From IMG/VR virus record IMGVR_UViG_3300017780_003486: a DNA stretch of 64,000 nucleotides. One strand, written 5' to 3'. The first letter of the stretch is position 1. The number at the start of each line of letters is the position of its first letter. The DNA comes from an uncultured virus (IMG/VR IMGVR_UViG_3300017780_003486). Taxonomy: Duplodnaviria; Heunggongvirae; Uroviricota; Caudoviricetes. Positions 19,352-28,542 of the stretch are shown here, piece by piece. The translations under genes and the position numbers were made by a program. Below the pieces are notes generated by a model. That model searched no databases, had not been told where the DNA came from, and saw only the letters and a list, made by a program, of their open reading frames with translations.

Positions 19352-19743
19352 GTAAAGCTATCGGGGCGAAGAGCCCTAGATATAGCGAACGATTTTGAAG
19401 GGGCTTTCCGGGGCTTTCGACCCCCTTTCTCGGAAAGGGCTCCCGGAGGCCCGGAGGGCTCGGCGGAAAAACCGGACGAAATCGGCGAGAGAAAGAAAGA
19501 AAGGAAGAATGGTAAAACGCAAGCGGGCAAGGAATAAACGCAGGTCGCTCAGGAAAGAGAAAAGATTTTTTACCCCCTTTTCTAAGACTTAGAGCTACAG
19601 ATGAAGAAAGTAGTAAAGGGGAGGGGGTTTCTATTTTTCGCTCTAGAACTCTTTTCTCTTTCCTGTGACCCGGTCTAGACCGACCCCCTATCCGTAGTAG
19701 TAGCTTCCGGCTCTCTAGATACGGGCCGCTTACGGCGTACCCG

Positions 19744-19756
19744 TGCGGTAGCCGTG
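19744..19756 (+). promoter_or_regulatory. ops-like element (TGCGGTAGCCGTG) directly upstream of the RfaH/NusG paralog
   Basis: Core GCGGTAGC matches the RfaH ops element GGCGGTAGnnTG; abuts the GGAGG RBS. Confidence 0.55.
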
Positions 19757-19766
19757 GAGGACTTCG

Positions 19767-20300
19767 ATGCCAAAGGCGTGGTACGTGGCGGCAACGAAGT
19801 ATCAGCAGGAAAGACTTGCGGACATCGAGCTTCGTAAGCAAGGCTTCGAAACCTTCGCCCCTCGTATCCGCGTCCGTGAGCGGATCGGAGTCGGCGGGAA
19901 GAACGAGCGAGACCGCTACGTCATCCGCTACTACTTCCCCGGCTACATCTTCGTGCGGTTCGATAAGGACCGAGAGCGCTGGCAGTCAATCCACTATACG
20001 CGCGGCGTCTCCCGGCTCTTCACGTGCGGCGAGGTTCCGACGCGGATACGTGGTGGCGTGATCGAGCGTATGATCGCGGAAGCGGTTCGAGACGACTTCG
20101 CTATAGACGATAAGCTCAACGAGATCGTGTTCGAGGCCGGGCAGGCGGTCAAGATCACGGCGGGACCGTTCGCCGGTCTCTCGGGTGTCGTCAAGGCGAG
20201 TTCGCACGAAAAGATATCGGTCCTCCTTGAAGCGAGGACAAACTTGCGGATGAAGATCAAGCCTTTGGACTTCGCTCCCGACGCGATAGAGGCGGCCTGA
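19767..20300 (+). CDS. NusG/RfaH-family transcription antiterminator
   Basis: NGN domain WYVAATK..QE...FPGYIFVRF and KOW motif GQAVKITAGPFAGLSG. Confidence 0.9.
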   Translation: MPKAWYVAATKYQQERLADIELRKQGFETFAPRIRVRERIGVGGKNERDRYVIRYYFPGYIFVRFDKDRERWQSIHYTRGVSRLFTCGEVPTRIRGGVIERMIAEAVRDDFAIDDKLNEIVFEAGQAVKITAGPFAGLSGVVKASSHEKISVLLEARTNLRMKIKPLDFAPDAIEAA

Positions 20301-20401
20301 CCCGCCTAGACCGGGAGTAAGCAGCCGGTGGTCCCCGCGTCACGCGCGCGTTCGCTATATACCAGCGTGAAGAGTCCGGGCCTCAAGTAGAGCTATCCAC
20401 G

Positions 20402-20577
20402 TAGCCATCCACGTATCGCGGTCTCGCTCATCGCGGACCTGAGTAGAGCCATCCCACGTCTCCGTGATCTCGGAGACAGGTTAGCCATCCACGTATCGCG
20501 GTCTCGCTCATCGCGGACCTGAGTAGAGCCATCCCACGTCTCCGTGATCTCGGAGACAGGTTAGCCATCCACGTATC
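20402..20577 (+). repeat. exact 80-bp tandem direct repeat (2 full copies plus a partial third)
   Basis: 20402-20481 is identical to 20482-20561; 20562-20577 restarts the unit; sub-motif AGCYATCC(C)ACGT occurs six times from about 20391. Confidence 0.9.
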
Positions 20578-20589
20578 CGGGAGAAGAAT

Positions 20590-21216
20590 GTGGCAGCGAA
20601 GAAGAAGAGCGCGAAAGGGAAGCCGCTCTCTCGCGAGAGGAAAGCGGCTATCGCGGCGGAAGAGGTTAAGCCCCCTTCGGCCCCCGGTCCGAAAGGCCCG
20701 GTCGATACGACGACGCCGATCACGGGGACGAAGCATCAGCTCTCTCAGACGAGCTTCACGCGAGAGATCGCGGCCGAGGTCTGCGAGCGTATGGCGCGAG
20801 GCGAGAGTCTTCGGGCGATATGCCGATCCCCTCATATGCCGGATGAGAGTACCGTTCGGCTATGGGCGGTGAACGATATCGACGGCTTCAAGGCTCGATA
20901 CGCTTCGGCCCGCGAGGCGCAGATGGAAGCGCTGGCGGAAGACCTCATCGAGATCAGCGACGATAAGAAGGAAGACGTAAACCGCGACCGGCTCCGGATC
21001 GATACCCGTAAGTGGATCATGGCGCGCGTCTCCCCGAAGAAGTTCGGCGACCGCGTTACGAACGAAGTCGTCGGCGATGGCGGCGGACCGGTCAAGGTGG
21101 ACGTAGCAGGGATGTCCGATGAAAAGCTCGCCTCACTCGAAGCCCTACTCCTTGACGTTACCGGAGGAGCCGCTAGACCTTCTTCGGAAGGTGAGAGCGG
21201 AGAGGGAACGTCGTAG
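20590..21216 (+). CDS. terS: terminase small subunit
   Basis: VCERMARGESLRAIC...TVRLW...LRIDTRKWIMARVSPKKFGD, Sf6-like TerS pattern. Confidence 0.9.
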   Translation: MAAKKKSAKGKPLSRERKAAIAAEEVKPPSAPGPKGPVDTTTPITGTKHQLSQTSFTREIAAEVCERMARGESLRAICRSPHMPDESTVRLWAVNDIDGFKARYASAREAQMEALAEDLIEISDDKKEDVNRDRLRIDTRKWIMARVSPKKFGDRVTNEVVGDGGGPVKVDVAGMSDEKLASLEALLLDVTGGAARPSSEGESGEGTS

Positions 21217-22636
21217 GTTCGAGAACGATCTTGCCGGCATCCGCAATCGCTGTAAGACGCTTGCCGGTTTCGTCAAGGAGGCGTGGAAGGTACTAGAGCC
21301 CGACACGGTTCTCGTATGGAACTGGCATCTCGACGCGATATGCGCGCACCTCGAAGCCGTGACGTGGGGCGAGATCAACCGGCTCCTGATCAACGTACCT
21401 CCCGGCTCATCGAAGTCGCTTATCGTTTCGGTTCTATGGCAGGCGTGGGAATGGACCTTCCCTCAGTTCCGTTCGTATCGCTACCTGACGACGGCGTTCA
21501 ACGAAGACCCGGTCAAGCGCGATGCTCGCAAGTGCCGGGACCTCATCTCATCGGAATGGTATCGGAAGCTCTGGCCGGAGGTTCGGCTTATCCGCTCGGG
21601 AGAGACGAGCTTCGCGAACAACTTCACGGGGAACCGCGAGGGCGTACCGTTCGGATCGCTTACCTCACAGCGCGGCGACCGTCTGATCATCGACGATCCT
21701 CACTCGGTCAAGACGGCAGAGTCGGATGCGGAGAGGAGGACGACAACGAGGAACTTCCGAGAGGGAGCGATCAATCGTCTTAACGACCAGAAGCGTTCGG
21801 CTATCGTCGTCGTTATGCAGCGGCTACACGAAGACGATATCTCAGGGACGATCCTGAAGCTGAAGATGGGCTACGTTCACCTTATGCTTCCGATGGAGTT
21901 CGAGGTCGAGCGGCGTTGCCATACGGAGATCGGCTTCATCGATCCTCGCGAAAGGGAAGGCGACCTTCTCGATCCCGTCCGCTTTCCTCGTGACGTGGTC
22001 GACCAGCTCAAGAAGGACATGACCTCGTATGCCTATGCCGGTCAGTACCAAGAGCGACCGGTTCCGCGCGAAGGCGGTCTCTTCAAGCGAGAGTGGTTCG
22101 CCGGGAAGTTCATTAGAACGGCCCCTCCCGGAGTTCGCTGGGTAAGGCACTGGGACCTCGCGGCCACGAAGAAGGATACGGCGGCCTTCACGGCGGGAGT
22201 CAAGTTGGGGATGACGCCTGACGGTCAGTTCGTGGTCGGCCACGTCGTTAGGACGCAGGACGAAGGGAACGCGGTCAGGAAGCTGATCAAGTCAACGGCC
22301 GAACTCGATGGGGTCGAGACGAAGATCAGTCTGCCGCAGGACCCTGGTCAAGCGGGCAAGGTTCAGAAGCAAGACCTCGTCAGCTTCCTCGCCGGTTATC
22401 GGGTACACGCCGAACCGGAGACCGGCGATAAGGCGACGAGGGCGGAACCGTTCTCTTCTCAGTGCGAGGCGGGCAACGTCTTCATCGTCCAAGGCGAGTG
22501 GAACGCGAACTACATCGACGAGCTTTGCCTATTCCCCGGCGGATCGTACAAGGACCAAGTCGACGCAAGCTCTGGAGCGTTCGGCCAGCTCGTCGGGAAG
22601 AAGCTCAGCTATGGGATGCTTGGCGTAGTAGACTAG
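21119..22636 (+). CDS. terL: terminase large subunit (true start may be downstream)
   Basis: INVPPGSSKS Walker A, LIIDDP Walker B, MQRLHEDD, WDLAA, DQVDA. Confidence 0.95.
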   Translation: MKSSPHSKPYSLTLPEEPLDLLRKVRAERERRRFENDLAGIRNRCKTLAGFVKEAWKVLEPDTVLVWNWHLDAICAHLEAVTWGEINRLLINVPPGSSKSLIVSVLWQAWEWTFPQFRSYRYLTTAFNEDPVKRDARKCRDLISSEWYRKLWPEVRLIRSGETSFANNFTGNREGVPFGSLTSQRGDRLIIDDPHSVKTAESDAERRTTTRNFREGAINRLNDQKRSAIVVVMQRLHEDDISGTILKLKMGYVHLMLPMEFEVERRCHTEIGFIDPREREGDLLDPVRFPRDVVDQLKKDMTSYAYAGQYQERPVPREGGLFKREWFAGKFIRTAPPGVRWVRHWDLAATKKDTAAFTAGVKLGMTPDGQFVVGHVVRTQDEGNAVRKLIKSTAELDGVETKISLPQDPGQAGKVQKQDLVSFLAGYRVHAEPETGDKATRAEPFSSQCEAGNVFIVQGEWNANYIDELCLFPGGSYKDQVDASSGAFGQLVGKKLSYGMLGVVD

Positions 22637-22649
22637 AAGGAGACGAACC

Positions 22650-22805
22650 GTGTTCATCGCCATCGTCTTCTTCCTTCTTCTCCTATCGGTCGTCGTCAAT
22701 CCCCACTGGGATCACTCGCGCGATCTAGGCCACGGTCCTTCCGGGGCTCTCTTCGCTCTCGCTCTCGTTCTTCTCATCGTATTCCTCGTAACGGGGCGCA
22801 TATAA
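22650..22805 (+). CDS. small two-helix membrane protein, DUF3309-like
   Basis: Below track cutoff; AAGGAG RBS, GTG start; PHWDHSRDLGHGPSG...VTGRI. Confidence 0.6.
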   Translation: MFIAIVFFLLLLSVVVNPHWDHSRDLGHGPSGALFALALVLLIVFLVTGRI

Positions 22806-22806
22806 C

Positions 22807-24699
22807 ATGGCTTGGTTCGACACCCTCAAGAGCTTCGTTTCCGGTCTCGGTACGGCGCAGAAGGACAAGACCCTTGGTCTATCCTACGAGATGCGCTCGA
22901 TCTCGGACGCCGAACTCAATGCGATGCATCGATGCGACTGGCTCGCGCGGAAGATCGTCGACATCATCCCGAACGATATGACCCGCGAGTGGAGGAACTG
23001 GCAGGCCGAGGCCAAGATCATTGAGGCCATCGAGGCCGTCGAGAAGGCTCCGCTCGTCTCTGTTCAGCTCAAGGTGAACGAAGCGATGCGCAAGGCCCGG
23101 CTCCTTCGCGGCTCGGCGATCTACATCGGCCTTCGTGGGGCGAAGACGGAAGAGCCCGTCGAACTCGACAAGATCAAGGCTGGCGATCTCCAGTACCTGA
23201 ACGTCCTCAATCGTTCCGAGGTATCGGCCGGGGAGATCGTTCGCGACGTGACTTCCGAGTTCTATGGTCAGCCGTCGTATTACGAGATGAACGGCGCGAC
23301 CGGCACGACCGTTCGTATCCATCCGTCGCGCATCGTTCGTTTTGTCGGGGCCGACATCCTCGATCAGCAATTCGCTAACGACGGATGGGGTGACTCGATC
23401 CTCCAAGTCGTGTACGACGCCGTTCAGAACTCGTCTTCGATCCAACAGCACGTCGCCTCGATGGTACCCGAGGCCAAGGTCGACGTGATCTACATCCCTC
23501 AGCTTTCGGAGTTCCTCAAGAACCCGACGACCGAACGGCAGCTGACGAGTCGCTTCGCCTACGCGAACCAGATCAAGAGCAACTTCAATATGGTCCTGCT
23601 CGAAGGTAACGGAACCGATGCCGGAGAGAAGTGGGAGCAGAAGGAGCTTTCGTTCACTCAGCTTCCGGAGATCATGCAGATATTCCTTCAGGTCGCTTCG
23701 GGAGCGGCCGATATCCCGGTCACTCGTCTACTCGGTCAATCGCCTGCGGGTATGAACGCCACCGGAGACTCGGATACGCGGAACTACTACGACAACATTA
23801 GCTCTCGTCAGAGGACGGAGCTTGGTCCGCGTCTCAACTATCTCGATGAGATCATCATTCGTTCGGCTCTCGGGTCTCGGCCTCCCGAGGTCCACTACAC
23901 GTGGGCTCCACTCTGGGGTCTGAGCGAGACGGAGCGCGCGACGAACTTCAAGACGAAGGTGGATGCGGTTCGAGGTATCGCTGGTTCCGGCGGAATGAAC
24001 CCGTCGCTCGTTCCTCTCGAAGCCCTGAGCGATGCTCTCGTCAATATGCTCGTCGAAGATGGATCGCTTCCCGGTATCGGCGAAGCCGTCGAGAAATACG
24101 GATCGCTCGCGAAGCAGATGGAAGAGGACGACGAGGATGACGTTATCGCGTCGGCCACGCCACCAGCTGCGGAGGAACCGGAAGCCGCGACGACGGGAGA
24201 GGAAGACCCGCCCGAAGAAGACGACAACGTGATCAAGCTTCCGAAGAGAGCGGCGACGGGCGACGCCGAACCGAAGACGCTCTATGTCCGTCGCGATGTC
24301 GTGAACGCCGAAGAGATCACCGCTTGGGCGAAGAGTCAAGGCCTGACGGAGATCGTCGAAGACCTCCACGTCACGGTCGTTTACTCGCAGGCTCCGCTCG
24401 ATTGGATCAAAGCGGGTAACGCCAGCGATTGGGACGGTAAGGCTGAGATCACGATACCGGAAGGCGGGCCGCGCGTTGTCGAACCTCTCGGCAATATGTC
24501 GGCCGTCCTCCTCTTCGCCTCGTCGAGTCTCTGTTGGCGTCACGAAGAGATCGTCCGCGCGGGAGCGAGTCACGGCTATCCGGAGTACGTCCCGCATATC
24601 TCGTTGACCAAAGCTCCGGTCGACGAGAGCCTGACCATCGAACCGTATCGAGGGAAGATCATCCTCGGCCCGGAGATTTTCGAAGAGATCAAGCCTTAA
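22807..24699 (+). CDS. portal protein (DUF1073-like) with C-terminal Acb1-like 2H phosphoesterase domain
   Basis: WLARKIVDIIPNDMTREW, IHPSR, AADIPVTRLLGQSPAGMNATG; after an acidic linker, LHVTVVYS and PHISL. Confidence 0.9.
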   Translation: MAWFDTLKSFVSGLGTAQKDKTLGLSYEMRSISDAELNAMHRCDWLARKIVDIIPNDMTREWRNWQAEAKIIEAIEAVEKAPLVSVQLKVNEAMRKARLLRGSAIYIGLRGAKTEEPVELDKIKAGDLQYLNVLNRSEVSAGEIVRDVTSEFYGQPSYYEMNGATGTTVRIHPSRIVRFVGADILDQQFANDGWGDSILQVVYDAVQNSSSIQQHVASMVPEAKVDVIYIPQLSEFLKNPTTERQLTSRFAYANQIKSNFNMVLLEGNGTDAGEKWEQKELSFTQLPEIMQIFLQVASGAADIPVTRLLGQSPAGMNATGDSDTRNYYDNISSRQRTELGPRLNYLDEIIIRSALGSRPPEVHYTWAPLWGLSETERATNFKTKVDAVRGIAGSGGMNPSLVPLEALSDALVNMLVEDGSLPGIGEAVEKYGSLAKQMEEDDEDDVIASATPPAAEEPEAATTGEEDPPEEDDNVIKLPKRAATGDAEPKTLYVRRDVVNAEEITAWAKSQGLTEIVEDLHVTVVYSQAPLDWIKAGNASDWDGKAEITIPEGGPRVVEPLGNMSAVLLFASSSLCWRHEEIVRAGASHGYPEYVPHISLTKAPVDESLTIEPYRGKIILGPEIFEEIKP

Positions 24700-24717
24700 C
24701 GAAATGGAGTTCTCGAT

Positions 24718-26328
24718 ATGGGGACGATCAAGGAACTAGCGGACGTTGCCTTTCGTGACTACACGACGGAAGGCGTTCCATCGAGCGGGATGTTCGAGCC
24801 TCCGAAGGTGCTCGTTCGCGAAATCTTCGACGAGATCGACGAGATGGTGACCGTCGCCACGACGGATCACTACGTTAGCTTCGGTCCGAATATGCGGTAT
24901 GACGGAAGCGGTCAGGCCATCGAGGTCGACATCCTCGCCGTCCGTTACGATGGCTTCCCGAAGGCTGCTCAGGTTCCGGGGAAGAGGCGCGTCGGGACTA
25001 CGATCAACTCGACCATCGATCACGTCGGATCGGACGAGCAGTCGACGATCAAGGTCAAGTATTCCGACGACTTCGGCGGAACATGGGACGGCGAGCAAGT
25101 CGTTCTCGGCGGGGCCGGTCTCGACTGCTACACGAACTCCGTCGGAGTCGGACCGGACGGCGTTATCCACGTCATCGGCCGTGATCGCGAGTCTCTCAAG
25201 AAGGTCCATACGACCTCGCGCGATTGGGAGACGTGGACGCCATACGAGTTCCTCGACCTCGACAACTTCTCCGGCTACGACGAGCTTTTCACACTGGAGG
25301 GCTTCCGCTTCTGGGGAAAGATGAACCCTGACCCCAGCGGCCTCGGCCTGTACGGCGGTGGCTACTGGACCGATGGGACGACGTATCAGGAATACTACGT
25401 CACGTCGGACCTCGCCGGGACCAACTGGGAGTTCAGTCTCATCAACGAGACGACCGATCCCCCAGCCTACAACGAGTCGGCCATCTTCGCGCCGACCGCG
25501 ACGGATCGTATCTGTATCTCGCGCCGTCAGGGAACGGCGACGCCGACCGTCTTCATCTCGTCGGACTCTGGAACGACGTGGACCGAACTCGGTGCGATGG
25601 ACATTCCGAAGTCGGGCGGCTGGCTCCCGCAAGAGCTTCATATGGAGACGATCAACGGCGTCGAATATCTCCTACTCGTTATGGGCAATCGTCGCCCGAG
25701 TGCGGCCGGAGCTTATGACGAGCCGTTCCCCGGTCCCGGCGTTTCGATCTGGTTTTGCGAAGTCGGCCTCGCGCTTACGTCGCTCACGAACTGGAAGATG
25801 GGTCACGCTCATACGTGGACCTTCGACTCGTCGAACACGACCGACAGCTATTGCTCGATGGTCACCGACTGGAAGACGGGAACTCACCTTCTCTTCTCCT
25901 ACGACCAGACCTCGCTGACTCAAGCGCGGACGTTCTGTTGGAGAGCCGATAACATCCTCGTCGGCCCGCGTACTCCGGCGACCCGCGATCCTGTGTTTTC
26001 GTCGGAACTCGGTCAAGCCGCGTATCTCGACCGGCGCGATATCGTCGGCGGAACGGCCACGGTCCTCGGCGCGGCGGTCAAGACGATCACGCCGAACGAA
26101 CACGGAGCCTGCTTCGTCGCGACTTCGACGAACGCGATCAACCTTCCTCTCGCGGCGGACGTTCCGCCCGAGTTCTTCGTCCATGTCAAGGCGCGCGGCG
26201 CTACTTCGTCGCTCGTCAGGGCGGGGTCCGATACCATCGATGGAGGTACGAGCGCTATCACGCTGACCGATGGCGCGCGAGCGTACAAGGTGCGGAGAGT
26301 GAACTCGACCTCTTGGGAACTCTTCTAG
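24718..26328 (+). CDS. virion appendage protein with BNR/Asp-box (sialidase-like propeller) repeats
   Basis: SDDFGGTW, SRDWETW, SSDSGTTW Asp-boxes. Confidence 0.7.
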   Translation: MGTIKELADVAFRDYTTEGVPSSGMFEPPKVLVREIFDEIDEMVTVATTDHYVSFGPNMRYDGSGQAIEVDILAVRYDGFPKAAQVPGKRRVGTTINSTIDHVGSDEQSTIKVKYSDDFGGTWDGEQVVLGGAGLDCYTNSVGVGPDGVIHVIGRDRESLKKVHTTSRDWETWTPYEFLDLDNFSGYDELFTLEGFRFWGKMNPDPSGLGLYGGGYWTDGTTYQEYYVTSDLAGTNWEFSLINETTDPPAYNESAIFAPTATDRICISRRQGTATPTVFISSDSGTTWTELGAMDIPKSGGWLPQELHMETINGVEYLLLVMGNRRPSAAGAYDEPFPGPGVSIWFCEVGLALTSLTNWKMGHAHTWTFDSSNTTDSYCSMVTDWKTGTHLLFSYDQTSLTQARTFCWRADNILVGPRTPATRDPVFSSELGQAAYLDRRDIVGGTATVLGAAVKTITPNEHGACFVATSTNAINLPLAADVPPEFFVHVKARGATSSLVRAGSDTIDGGTSAITLTDGARAYKVRRVNSTSWELF

Positions 26329-26339
26329 GGAGATAGATC

Positions 26340-27044
26340 GTGACCGTTCCTTCAGTTCCTCTCATGTCGACGCTTCCGCGTCCGACGCTCAATCTCGACT
26401 TCGCGAAGTCGTGGACCTATCCGCCACGGCTTTCGTTCGCGCGCTCCGGGACGGCGACGTACCGCGACGCACTCGGAGATACGAAGACGGCTCAGGCGAA
26501 CTCGCCTCGCGTCGGCGTCCATCCTTCGAACAACAACCTTCGTAACGGTCTCGTCCTCACGACCGGTGAGACCGCAAGTTATTCGTCGTTTTCCGAAGTC
26601 TCGAAGCTCGGCGAAGGAACGATCCTCTGGGTTGGCACGCTGGAGTCGATAGCCGTCACATCGATCCTCTGGGGGATCAACAACGGGGCTTCGACCGACT
26701 TCATCCGTATGCGTATCGACTCGGCGACACTCGGGCGTCTTCGTCTCTCGGCTACGGTCGGGAGCGTCGCTCAGTTCACGTCGGATGTCCGGAACCCAAT
26801 CGCCGTCGATACGCGATACGCTATCGCGACGGCGTGGTCGGGCCTTCAGATGCAGACGGTGATCAACGACAACGAGCAGATCACATCGACGCTCTTGAGT
26901 ACGATCCCGGCTATGTCGGTCCTTTCCATCGGATCGGTCGTGACGGGTCTCAGCGGAGCGGTTATGCAAGGCGTTGTCGAGCGTCTTCGCTACTGGCCGA
27001 CTGCGCTTAACCTCCAACAGCTGCGCGCGATCACGCGGCTCTAG
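26340..27044 (+). CDS. head spike/fibre-like protein with LamG/ConA-like domain
   Basis: LNLDFAK...FARSGTATY...PRV, LRYWPTAL pattern. Confidence 0.6.
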   Translation: MTVPSVPLMSTLPRPTLNLDFAKSWTYPPRLSFARSGTATYRDALGDTKTAQANSPRVGVHPSNNNLRNGLVLTTGETASYSSFSEVSKLGEGTILWVGTLESIAVTSILWGINNGASTDFIRMRIDSATLGRLRLSATVGSVAQFTSDVRNPIAVDTRYAIATAWSGLQMQTVINDNEQITSTLLSTIPAMSVLSIGSVVTGLSGAVMQGVVERLRYWPTALNLQQLRAITRL

Positions 27045-27053
27045 GAGGAGCGG

Positions 27054-27227
27054 ATGAAGACGATCATGCCGCCCCTCTCGGCCTATCGGTCGAAGCCTTT
27101 CGACTTCGTTCTCAAGAGCGGGATTTCCTATCCCGCCTTCAACCTTCGACCACCGAAAGTGATCGAGCCTCGCATCTGGCTACGTCGTAAGCCGGTCGAG
27201 AAGACGGAAGAAAGGAGACCCGTATGA
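27054..27227 (+). CDS. small hypothetical protein
   Basis: GGAGGAG RBS, 57 aa, stop overlaps next ATG. Confidence 0.4.
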   Translation: MKTIMPPLSAYRSKPFDFVLKSGISYPAFNLRPPKVIEPRIWLRRKPVEKTEERRPV

Positions 27228-28468
27228 AGAAGAACTTCACCGACCGCCTTACGCTCGATGAGCAAGGCAGTCGGAAGACAAAAGACGGATACCTCGTAAC
27301 GTCGGCGAGGGTCGCGAGGGGCGGAAACGTCCAGACGTACCTCGGCTCAGAGTTCGGGATCGCAGACAAGGAGTTCATCCGCGTCTATCGACCCGAGAGC
27401 GAGGTCTTCAAGACGGACGCCATCGCCTCATACGCAGGCGTCCCTGCGACCCTCGGCCATCCTCCGAAGCTCGTCGATGCGGCGACTTGGAAGGAACACG
27501 CCGTGGGCGAGACCGGGGAAGACGTTCTTCGAGACGGTCAGTTCGTTCGTATCCCTCTTATGCTCCGGGACGCGAAGGCTATCAAGGCTCTGGAGAACGG
27601 AACCCGCGAACTCTCGATGGGCTACGACGCAACGGTCACGTTCGCCGATGGCGTTACGCCCTCCGGCGAGTCGTTCGATGCGATCATGTCGGACTTCAAA
27701 ATGAACCACGTCGCGCTCGTCGATAAGGCGCGAGGCGGAAGCGAGCTTCGTATCGAAGACGGTACGATGAGTTGGGGTGCGAGCCCCGTTCAAACTGCGA
27801 AAACCACCACCTCAACCAAGGACGGAAGGAACTCTCAAATGACCACTCGTACTGTTCTCGTCGACGGCCTCAGCGTCGAGACGACGGAAGCCGGAGCCGT
27901 TGCGATCAACAAGCTGATCGGCGACGCCGCCATCCAGCGTCAGACGTTCGAAGACGCCAAGAAGGCGTGGGACGCCGACCGCGCGAAGCTCATCGCCGAC
28001 CACGCGGCCGTCGTCGCCGCGAAGGATGGCGTGATCGCTCAGAAGGACAAGGACCTGGCCGCGAAGGATGCCGAGATCGACTCGACCAAGTCGAAGATCG
28101 TCTCCGACGCCGAGATCGACCGCCGCGTTGCGGCTCGCGCCGACCTGATCGCCGTCGCTTCGGCCATCGCGAAGGATGCGAAGTTCGATGGCCTCTCGGA
28201 CTCCGATGTCCGGAAGCTCGTCGTCACGACGGTCCTCGGTGACGCGGCCGTGAAGGACAAGCCGGCAGCCTACATCGACGCGCGCTTCGATATCCTCGTC
28301 GAAGACGCGAAGAAGAACGGCGGCGCCACCGCGCCGACGAACGACGGCATCGATCACTTCCGTTCGGTCCGTCAGGACGGCGCGAACGCGGTGGGCGACG
28401 CCGACAAGGTGCGCCTGGCCGCCGAGAAGGAAGAGCGCGATGCGTGGAAGGGAACCAAGGCGGCCTAA
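27224..28468 (+). CDS. prohead protease/scaffold (DUF2213-like)
   Basis: VYRPESEVF, TLGHP, ELSMGY, NHVALVDKARGG; coiled-coil C-terminus. Confidence 0.9.
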   Translation: MKKNFTDRLTLDEQGSRKTKDGYLVTSARVARGGNVQTYLGSEFGIADKEFIRVYRPESEVFKTDAIASYAGVPATLGHPPKLVDAATWKEHAVGETGEDVLRDGQFVRIPLMLRDAKAIKALENGTRELSMGYDATVTFADGVTPSGESFDAIMSDFKMNHVALVDKARGGSELRIEDGTMSWGASPVQTAKTTTSTKDGRNSQMTTRTVLVDGLSVETTEAGAVAINKLIGDAAIQRQTFEDAKKAWDADRAKLIADHAAVVAAKDGVIAQKDKDLAAKDAEIDSTKSKIVSDAEIDRRVAARADLIAVASAIAKDAKFDGLSDSDVRKLVVTTVLGDAAVKDKPAAYIDARFDILVEDAKKNGGATAPTNDGIDHFRSVRQDGANAVGDADKVRLAAEKEERDAWKGTKAA

Positions 28469-28542
28469 CCGGGAAGCGCCACCCGACACGACTCGATCAA
28501 CGTCAATAGTTCAACGTCTATAGGCCCAAAGGAGAAATACTC

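Noticed and set aside
20402..20577. Mini-CRISPR array before terS
   Set aside because: The would-be spacers are themselves exactly duplicated and the boxes are only about 12 bp.
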